DNA of 7,351 nucleotides from a virus (Duplodnaviria; Heunggongvirae; Uroviricota; Caudoviricetes): IMG/VR virus record IMGVR_UViG_2693429524_000006; one strand, 5' to 3'. Shown piece by piece: positions 1 to 4,979 of this stretch (position 1 is its first letter; each line of letters starts with the position of its first letter). The notes under the pieces were generated by a model. It saw only the letters and a program-made list of their open reading frames with translations, ran no database searches and was not told where the DNA came from. The position numbers and the translations under genes were made by a program.

Positions 1-99
1 CTGACCACCATGTTCTGCTACATCGTCGGTGTGAGCAAATGCCTGCGTGATATCCAGACGCACGCGGAGTACATCAACGACAAAGCAGGGTTCTTCTGA
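1..99 (+). CDS. 3' end of antirepressor paralog A (partial; only the shared C-terminal module is inside the window)
   Basis: Frame 1 reads [32 protein letters not shown] then TGA at 97-99; identical residues end CDS 2182..2877 and 4051..4707, with synonymous nucleotide differences (GACAAAGCAGGG here vs GACAAGGCTGGG in B/C). Confidence 0.8.
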   Translation: MTTMFCYIVGVSKCLRDIQTHAEYINDKAGFF

Positions 100-107
100 C
101 GGGCGGT

Positions 108-134
108 GGCACAGGGATGTGCCTTTAAATAATT
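108..134 (+). terminator. hairpin with interrupted T-tract after ant A; weak or partial intrinsic terminator
   Basis: GGCACA-GGGA-TGTGCC (108-123) followed by TTTAAATAATT; same element at 2886-2912 after ant B. Confidence 0.3.
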
Positions 135-143
135 CTGTACAGA

Positions 144-172
144 TTGCAGACTGGGGGTGAATAGCGTACTAT
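144..172 (+). promoter_or_regulatory. sigma70-like promoter TTGCAG-N17-TACTAT for cargo gene 328..963
   Basis: -35 at 144-149, -10 at 167-172, 17-bp spacer; identical element at 2922-2950. Confidence 0.5.
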
Positions 173-223
173 TACCTCACGGGTGATCCATAGCGATTAG
201 GCACCGATACAGGAGGAGCCCAC

Positions 224-256
224 ATGAGAAAATTTGACGAGTACGAAGGCGTTTAA
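224..256 (+). CDS. 10-codon upstream ORF (MRKFDEYEGV) with near-consensus Shine-Dalgarno; possible leader peptide
   Basis: AGGAGGA at 211-217, 6 nt before ATG 224; TAA at 254-256; no counterpart in the paralogous slot after ant B. Confidence 0.25.
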   Translation: MRKFDEYEGV

Positions 257-270
257 CATTCGGATAGTTC

Positions 271-289
271 ATTTACCCTAATGGTAAAT
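271..289 (+). promoter_or_regulatory. inverted repeat ATTTACC-N5-GGTAAAT (operator-like or RNA hairpin) in the leader of 328..963
   Basis: perfect 7-bp arms; belongs to the recurrent TTACC-N5-GGTAA motif family. Confidence 0.4.
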
Positions 290-327
290 CCCGCTTAAAG
301 AAGCATCTATATATTATGAGGTGATGT

Positions 328-963
328 ATGCCACAACAACTGCTGAATCCGGCAAAGGTAACTGAGGTTTTCGCTCATCTGAACGAAACTCCAGACAACC
401 GCGCCCTGTATTCAGAGTTAGTGAACGGCAACGATGTCACATCTGATGTCAAAGGCGTTTCTCTGGCTCCTGGATACCGCGTTGTCCGTGTAGACGATCG
501 TAAGAAAGGCGAGATTCCACAGGCGCACTTTGAACTGTCATTGATAAATGACCTCACCGAAGAGGTAGTGTATTACAATCGTGTCATTATCCAGCCTGAC
601 AGCTATCTTAACTGCCGTCCTGTCACGCAGATATTGGTATGGAGAACCCAGAAGCCTAAGCATCGTGCTGTGCTTCATGATTTCGCTGGCATCATCTTCA
701 TGAACTACCTCTTGGAACGGTACGATATCATCGTGTCTGATCGCAACCAGACTCATGAAGGCATGTCGTTCTGGCAGGCTCGCATGTATGACGCACTGGA
801 ACTTGGCCTCCACCTCTATGGTTACGACATGATGACATGCGAGCTGATAGAGATGAATAACGAGGAAGAGCTTGAGAAAGGTGAAACCTGGTTGTGGGGT
901 GATGCGGAAAACTTCCAAAACAGATTGGCCATAATTTCAAAGCATAAGCTGCCAATAAAATAG
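328..963 (+). CDS. hypothetical protein, 211 aa, no family recognised; cargo gene in the slot downstream of antirepressor A
   Basis: ATG 328 preceded by GAGGTG (318-323); 211 uninterrupted codons; TAG 961-963; intrinsic terminator immediately downstream. Confidence 0.8.
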   Translation: MPQQLLNPAKVTEVFAHLNETPDNRALYSELVNGNDVTSDVKGVSLAPGYRVVRVDDRKKGEIPQAHFELSLINDLTEEVVYYNRVIIQPDSYLNCRPVTQILVWRTQKPKHRAVLHDFAGIIFMNYLLERYDIIVSDRNQTHEGMSFWQARMYDALELGLHLYGYDMMTCELIEMNNEEELEKGETWLWGDAENFQNRLAIISKHKLPIK

Positions 964-971
964 TTCTTTAA

Positions 972-992
972 GCCCGCGACGCGGGCTTTTTT
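972..992 (+). terminator. rho-independent terminator
   Basis: GCCCGC-GAC-GCGGGC stem-loop followed by TTTTTT. Confidence 0.8.
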
Positions 993-995
993 GTG

Positions 996-1057
996 TCTGC
1001 GGATTCCCGCCCGGGCGGCGGTGGCATTCGTTAAAAACAAGGCCGCAAGAGCGGCCT
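996..1057. repeat. 62-bp direct repeat, copy 1 (partner 3940..4001)
   Basis: near-identical to 3940..4001, differing in the hairpin loop (AAGA vs GAAA); contains 12-bp palindrome CCGCCCGGGCGG (1007-1018) and GGCCGC/GCGGCC hairpin (1041-1056). Confidence 0.7.
1031..1056 (-). terminator. intrinsic terminator for 1056..1784 (minus strand)
   Basis: on the minus strand GGCCGC-TCTT-GCGGCC followed by TTGTTTTTAA; hairpin abuts the TAG stop. Confidence 0.55.
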
Positions 1058-1784
1058 AGCGTTTCGCTTTGTGCTCGTCCCAGCACGTTTTGCACCATGC
1101 CATTAAGCCATCCGCATTTTGATTATTAGGGTAAAAGCTGGTTCGTTTTCTGCGGACATTACAAATTGGGCACCACTTCATATGACGTGTATTCTTTGGG
1201 CCATCGAGACACCTTGCACACCACTTAGTCAATCCATCTGGATTTTTTGACGATTTCCTGAATTTTTCATATGGAAGGTTTATTCTGCATCGCAAACACT
1301 GCTTGCGGGCACTTGAAACTTCGTTAGCTGATTCTTCTTTTGACGGCGATACAGAAGGTATTCTTGCTGGCTCTGATACTGCCTGAGGTGCTTTTCTAGG
1401 TGACTGAGACGATACGTCATCACCAGGGAATCTTCCATGATATGCCGGACGCGTTAACACCCCAGGTGGAAGCTCTGCTGTAAATGGCTTTGGCTGAATC
1501 AGTTGCCTCTCTTTTGCTAACTCCTGCTGTTTATAATATGTCTGGATTACCGCACTATCATAAGCAGAAGGTGCGGAAATATTAGGCGCATTACCTCCAG
1601 TTTTTTGAAACTGAGTAGAGGTGTGTTCTATCACCTGTGTACGATTAATCGTTATCTCCCCATCTTCGGTCTTTATCGTTTTGTTATGATTAACGACCGT
1701 ACGATCAGAGATCTTAGTCTTGTTCTGGTTGATAACGTAAATAATCACCGCAACCACACCAACAACTATCCAGAAAACTTCCAT
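1056..1784 (-). CDS. membrane-anchored protein (242 aa) with N-terminal TM helix, Pro/Ser-rich linker and two C-terminal zinc-ribbon-like repeats
   Basis: ATG at 1784 with GAGGAAA about 7 nt upstream; hydrophobic residues 2-18; tandem repeats CLRC..DGLTKWCARC and CPIC..DGLMAWCKTC. Confidence 0.8.
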   Translation of the reverse strand: MEVFWIVVGVVAVIIYVINQNKTKISDRTVVNHNKTIKTEDGEITINRTQVIEHTSTQFQKTGGNAPNISAPSAYDSAVIQTYYKQQELAKERQLIQPKPFTAELPPGVLTRPAYHGRFPGDDVSSQSPRKAPQAVSEPARIPSVSPSKEESANEVSSARKQCLRCRINLPYEKFRKSSKNPDGLTKWCARCLDGPKNTRHMKWCPICNVRRKRTSFYPNNQNADGLMAWCKTCWDEHKAKR

Positions 1785-1803
1785 TGCTTTTCCTCACAAT
1801 AAC

Positions 1804-1820
1804 ATTACCTTAAAGGTAAT
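1804..1820. promoter_or_regulatory. inverted repeat ATTACC-N5-GGTAAT in the divergent intergenic region
   Basis: perfect 6-bp arms; same TTACC-N5-GGTAA core as 273-287, 1898-1912, 2950-2964 and 4980-4994. Confidence 0.4.
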
Positions 1821-1868
1821 ATCTTGCTTTCAGGTGATCAAGCGTTAAACGCAATCAACCAAATACGG

Positions 1869-1912
1869 TTGATTTTAATATTTCTTCGCGTTTATCATTA
1901 CCTTTGCGGTAA
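1869..1912 (+). promoter_or_regulatory. leader promoter of antirepressor B (TTGATT-N18-TATCAT) with TTACC-N5-GGTAA repeat abutting the -10
   Basis: -35 at 1869-1874, -10 at 1893-1898, inverted repeat 1898-1912; mirrored on the minus strand at 4980-5023. Confidence 0.5.
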
Positions 1913-2004
1913 ATTTACATCGCACTCCTCTTGTGCCATAGTAATCGGGCACTGGCAAAATCCAGTGCCGGGATTGGCGTCCCGGATTACTAAAAGGCGC
2001 ATTC

Positions 2005-2024
2005 ACCGCGCAAGCGGTTTTTTT
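2005..2024 (+). terminator. intrinsic terminator or attenuator inside the antirepressor B leader
   Basis: ACCGC-GCAA-GCGGT hairpin (GNRA loop) followed by 7 T; copy C has a different stem sequence (CCACG/CGTGG) with the same structure. Confidence 0.6.
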
Positions 2025-2039
2025 ATGCGTATAGCACGG

Positions 2040-2125
2040 CCACATTCGTATTATGGTGGGCTGTGTGGGGGCACCGAAAGGTGCGCCGGGTCCTTTTAGC
2101 CGGTTACGCCAACCCTGCACAGTTC
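2040..2125 (+). ncRNA. candidate c4-like antisense RNA domain (ImmI-type); boundaries approximate
   Basis: GNRA hairpin 2071-2084; hairpin 2086-2103 whose loop CCTTTTAG (2092-2099) is complementary to CTAAAAGG at 1990-1997 and at the SD 2166-2173; ACGCCAA (2106-2112) complementary to TTGGCGT at 1974-1980 and 2138-2144. Confidence 0.45.
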
Positions 2126-2181
2126 ACCACCAACCGATTGGCGTCGGTAGTGGTGATTAACCAGACTAAAAGGTAACCACT

Positions 2182-2877
2182 ATGACAGCTACAAAAAGCA
2201 CGTCCATTTTTTCTTTCGAATCCCAAGCCGATATACGGGTAATCGTCATTAATGGTGAGCCATGGTTTATCGCTTCAGATGTTTGTCGGGCTATAGGCAT
2301 AGCAAACCATCGAGATGCTGTTCGAAAACTTGATGATGATGAGAAGGGCGTCGCTTCAACCGACACCCCTGGCGGTGAGCAAGAATCGATCATCATCTCC
2401 GAGTCAGGCCTCTACACACTGATCCTCCGCTGCCGCGACGCAGTGACACCAGGCACTATCCCCTACCGCTTTCGTAAATGGGTTACAGGTGAGGTTCTTC
2501 CTCAGATCCGCCGCACCGGAAGTTACATTAAAAACTCGCTCCCGCAGGAAGAACGCATAAAGATGGTTGCCGACCAGGTAGCCAACGCCACGGCGTCAGC
2601 AGTGATGAAGGCGATGAAGATAGAGAACAAAACCTACAGCGCCCCGCTGAAGCCAGGCTACCGCAGCCTGATTCACTCGCCGTCTGGTGTTCTCGGCCTG
2701 ACGGAGAACTCACTGCTGATGAATCTGCTGAACCAGTTACAGGAAGACGGGCACGACGTATCGGGCGCGGCGGCGGAGCTGACCACCATGTTCTGCTACA
2801 TCGTCGGTGTGAGCAAATGCCTGCGTGATATCCAGACGCACGCGGAGTACATCAACGACAAGGCTGGGTTCTTCTGA
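2182..2877 (+). CDS. phage antirepressor B (231 aa): Bro-N-type N-terminal domain plus shared C-terminal module
   Basis: ATG 2182 with AAGG upstream; N-terminus FSFESQADIRVIVINGEPWFIASDVCRAIG fits the Bro-N pattern; last ~200 nt identical to ant C, synonymous differences further upstream. Confidence 0.9.
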   Translation: MTATKSTSIFSFESQADIRVIVINGEPWFIASDVCRAIGIANHRDAVRKLDDDEKGVASTDTPGGEQESIIISESGLYTLILRCRDAVTPGTIPYRFRKWVTGEVLPQIRRTGSYIKNSLPQEERIKMVADQVANATASAVMKAMKIENKTYSAPLKPGYRSLIHSPSGVLGLTENSLLMNLLNQLQEDGHDVSGAAAELTTMFCYIVGVSKCLRDIQTHAEYINDKAGFF

Positions 2878-2921
2878 CGGGCGGCGGCACAGGGATGTGC
2901 CTTTAAATAATTCTGTACAGA

Positions 2922-2964
2922 TTGCAGACTGTGGGTGAATAGCGTACTATTACCTCAAGGGTAA
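2922..2964 (+). promoter_or_regulatory. promoter TTGCAG-N17-TACTAT plus TTACC-N5-GGTAA repeat, driving 3025..3724
   Basis: -35 at 2922-2927, -10 at 2945-2950, inverted repeat 2950-2964 overlapping the likely start site. Confidence 0.5.
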
Positions 2965-3024
2965 ACGGATTGGTTTCATTTTTATTAATCCGTGTAATGA
3001 ACTTATGAGATATGAGGTAATGTC

Positions 3025-3204
3025 ATGCGAAACGAAAAATTGCAGATGCGTAGAGCGCAAGCTGCCGCAAGACGTTCTTTCAATGGAAGCGTAGAGTACG
3101 TAAAAGTTACTATGACAAAAGATCACGCAAGTCGCGTATCCCGCGCTTTCTTTGATTCTCGTAACAATAAGGAAAATTATGAGTTCGTCTGCGTCGCAGA
3201 ATGA
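3025..3204 (+). CDS. small basic protein (59 aa); candidate antitoxin or regulator partner of the downstream YafO-like gene
   Basis: ATG 3025 with GAGGT about 7 nt upstream; TGA 3202-3204; overlaps the next gene by 26 nt in another frame; absent from the supplied ORF track (below length cut-off). Confidence 0.45.
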   Translation: MRNEKLQMRRAQAAARRSFNGSVEYVKVTMTKDHASRVSRAFFDSRNNKENYEFVCVAE

Positions 3205-3724
3205 TAAAAATCAAGTTGTCAGATATAAGGGTCGAGTGTTGCATACGCAAAATTTCTCGGCCCTTTGTGCATCTGATCTTGAGCTGAAGAAAGTATCTGA
3301 TGCCTTTACCCAGTATTGGAAAACGGGATACCATCCATCTCTTGGTAAAGATGCTGCATTTGCTCGTCCGACAGAAATGCTTAAACTAAATGTCAGGCAT
3401 ACTCATGTCGATAACCAAGACTATATTCCAGAAGATAGTGATAAAAAACACACTGGTAAAAAATCATCTTGGGATGCATGGAAAAATATAGCGTCTGTAC
3501 AAGTAAAATGCATACCAACAAGTGATTGCTTTTTAGTTTATTCGGTAAATCACAATCGTGATGCGCTGGTTATGTTTTTTGTTGACGCAGATGCTCACAA
3601 CATAACTGAGCAAGAAGAGTTTAAAGAGGAAGCAATCACTATCAGTTATCAATTCTTTGAGAAAACAAAAACAGAACCAATGCCTTTAGAAGAAGATCTT
3701 TTTTCTGATAAATGGAAGGAATAG
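3179..3724 (+). CDS. YafO-like toxin family protein (putative ribosome-dependent mRNA interferase), 181 aa; family assignment tentative
   Basis: first ATG of the frame at 3179 with AAGGAA about 5 nt upstream (track start 3152 is TTG); blocks GKDAAF, KLNVRHTHV and LVYSVNHNRDALVMFFVDADAH align with conserved YafO blocks as recalled from memory. Confidence 0.6.
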   Translation: MSSSASQNDKNQVVRYKGRVLHTQNFSALCASDLELKKVSDAFTQYWKTGYHPSLGKDAAFARPTEMLKLNVRHTHVDNQDYIPEDSDKKHTGKKSSWDAWKNIASVQVKCIPTSDCFLVYSVNHNRDALVMFFVDADAHNITEQEEFKEEAITISYQFFEKTKTEPMPLEEDLFSDKWKE

Positions 3725-3744
3725 CCCGCAGCGCGGGCTTTTTT
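3724..3744 (+). terminator. rho-independent terminator
   Basis: GCCCGC-AGC-GCGGGC followed by TTTTTT; paralog of 972-992. Confidence 0.8.
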
Positions 3745-3816
3745 GTGGACGAAACAAAAGTCAGTGCTACACTCATTGACGCCACATTGAGGTGGCTTAT
3801 AGATGGAAATTTCACA

Positions 3817-3978
3817 ATGAAAAAAGCATTTGCTGCACTGTTCGTTTTGTTGTCTCTGGTAGCTTCAACTCAGGCCTTTGCCGGTCGTTGTCAGCACGAC
3901 AGCGATACTGCCGCTGACGGCTCCCGCTGCGGTGGGCGTTCTGCGGATTCCCGCCCGGGCGGCGGTGGCATTCGTTAA
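3817..3978 (+). CDS. small ORF with signal-peptide-like N-terminus (53 aa); doubtful
   Basis: MKKAFAALFVLLSLVASTQAFA followed by a Gly/Arg/Ser/Asp-rich tail encoded in GC-rich repeat DNA; this segment is absent at the equivalent position after 992. Confidence 0.25.
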   Translation: MKKAFAALFVLLSLVASTQAFAGRCQHDSDTAADGSRCGGRSADSRPGGGGIR

Positions 3979-4001
3979 AAACAAGGCCGCGAAAGCGGCC
4001 T
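3940..4001. repeat. 62-bp direct repeat, copy 2 (partner 996..1057)
   Basis: matches 996..1057 including palindrome CCGCCCGGGCGG (3951-3962). Confidence 0.7.
3975..4000 (-). terminator. intrinsic terminator for antirepressor C (minus strand)
   Basis: on the minus strand GGCCGC-TTTC-GCGGCC followed by TTGTTTTTAA. Confidence 0.55.
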
Positions 4002-4050
4002 GTGACATGTCACGCTAGTTTCGTTTTGCACGTCCCTGTGCCGCCGCCCG

Positions 4051-4707
4051 TCAGAAGAACCCAGCCTTGTCGTTGATGTACTCCGCGTGCGTCTGGATAT
4101 CACGCAGGCATTTGCTCACACCGACGATGTAGCAGAACATGGTGGTCAGCTCCGCCGCCGCGCCCGATACGTCGTGCCCGTCTTCCTGTAACTGGTTCAG
4201 CAGATTCATCAGCAGTGAGTTCTCCGTCAGGCCGAGAACACCAGACGGCGAGTGAATCAAACTGCGGTAGCCGGGCTTCAGTGGGGCGCTGTATTCTTTT
4301 TTGTCTTCCAGCTTGATCGCCTCCATAATGGCGGGCATGAAGCCTGACAAGACCTTCTCCACTTTTGTTTCTTGTTGTCTTAAACGTTTCTCGCATTCAA
4401 TGAAGTAGCGTCGTACCTGACGACCTTTTTCGTTACGCTCGACCATCGCCAGCTCTTTGGCTGTATCAAGGGTGAGGTGGTACTCTTTGCGGTTGTGGCC
4501 GCCTCTACCAGATGTTTGCTTTCCCAAATTGGAAAGCAAAATATAGTCTTGATTTTCAATGAATTCGTATTCTGATATGCGATTTGTAATCCATGCTGCA
4601 AACACCTTTTTAACACCTAAAAAAGCGTGCAGATCGCGGGCATTACAAAGTAGGGCTGTTTCGTTAGATATAGTGCCGTTGAATACGGGGATGAGTTGAG
4701 CGTTCAT
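4051..4707 (-). CDS. phage antirepressor C (218 aa): AntA/Rha-like N-terminal domain plus shared C-terminal module
   Basis: ATG at 4707 with GGAG 8 nt upstream; N-domain motif [34 protein letters not shown]; C-terminal ~85 aa identical to B. Confidence 0.9.
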   Translation of the reverse strand: MNAQLIPVFNGTISNETALLCNARDLHAFLGVKKVFAAWITNRISEYEFIENQDYILLSNLGKQTSGRGGHNRKEYHLTLDTAKELAMVERNEKGRQVRRYFIECEKRLRQQETKVEKVLSGFMPAIMEAIKLEDKKEYSAPLKPGYRSLIHSPSGVLGLTENSLLMNLLNQLQEDGHDVSGAAAELTTMFCYIVGVSKCLRDIQTHAEYINDKAGFF

Positions 4708-4769
4708 GATGGCGTCTCCACTTAGCGAATTACATCACCACCGCTGAGACCAATCAGATGGTGGTGAAC

Positions 4770-4860
4770 TGAACGGAGTTGGTCTTACCGGCCTAAGTGG
4801 TACCGGCGTCCTTTCGGACCCCCATTCAGCCCACCATAATTCTGGCATGACTGTGCTATA
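4770..4860 (-). ncRNA. candidate c4-like antisense RNA domain, copy C (variant specificity); boundaries approximate
   Basis: minus-strand loop CCACTTAG (plus 4793-4800) complementary to CTAAGTGG at the SD (4718-4725) and upstream (4895-4902); AGACCAA (plus 4779-4785) complementary to TTGGTCT (4747-4753 and 4912-4918); GNRA hairpin 4808-4819. Confidence 0.45.
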
Positions 4861-4865
4861 CGCAT

Positions 4866-4888
4866 AAAAAAAACCACGTCTGGCGTGG
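4866..4888 (-). terminator. intrinsic terminator or attenuator inside the antirepressor C leader
   Basis: on the minus strand CCACG-CCAGA-CGTGG followed by 8 T. Confidence 0.6.
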
Positions 4889-4979
4889 TATGCGCCACTT
4901 AGTAATCCGGGAGACCAATCCCGGCACTGGATTTTGCCAGTGCATGATTACTATGGCACAAGAGGAGTGCGATGTAAAT

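Noticed and set aside
135-149. Possible LexA (SOS) box CTG...CAG overlapping the cargo promoter
   Set aside because: Spacing is CTG-N9-CAG, not the CTGT-N8-ACAG (CTG-N10-CAG) geometry of enterobacterial LexA boxes, and the flanking TA-rich core is missing
375-1040. Minus-strand ORFs 375..557, 538..918, 728..955 and 822..1040 from the track
   Set aside because: They lie antisense within the well-supported plus-strand gene 328..963, have no convincing RBS and read as low-complexity shadow frames
1605-1802. Plus-strand ORF 1605..1802
   Set aside because: Antisense shadow of the minus-strand gene 1056..1784, which has ATG, SD and a coherent domain structure
1940-2000. tRNA-like cloverleaf in the leader (outer stem AGTAATC...GATTACT enclosing two hairpins)
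   Set aside because: No T-loop (GTTCRANYC) or anticodon-loop signature and no acceptor-stem geometry; better interpreted as part of the regulatory leader RNA
1824-2396. Track ORFs 1824..2099 (+), 1875..2120 (-) and 2166..2396 (-) in the leader B region
   Set aside because: They fall in a region better explained by conserved RNA hairpins and a terminator or overlap the 5' end of ant B antisense; alternative (TTG/GTG) starts, no RBS, and the structured elements cut across them
2528-2713. Minus-strand ORF 2528..2713
   Set aside because: Antisense shadow inside antirepressor B
3110-3334. Minus-strand ORF 3110..3334
   Set aside because: Antisense to the 59-aa ORF and YafO-like gene start; no RBS
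3712-3816. 5' part of track ORF 3712..3978 (88 aa starting MEGIARSAG)
   Set aside because: This start lies inside the 3' end of 3179..3724 and the frame reads straight through the intrinsic terminator at 3724-3744; only the internal ATG at 3817 with the signal peptide was kept, at low confidence
4100-4616. Minus-strand ORFs 4100..4396 and 4380..4616
   Set aside because: Alternative frames overlapping antirepressor C on the same strand; Arg/Gly-rich low-complexity translations, no independent start signals
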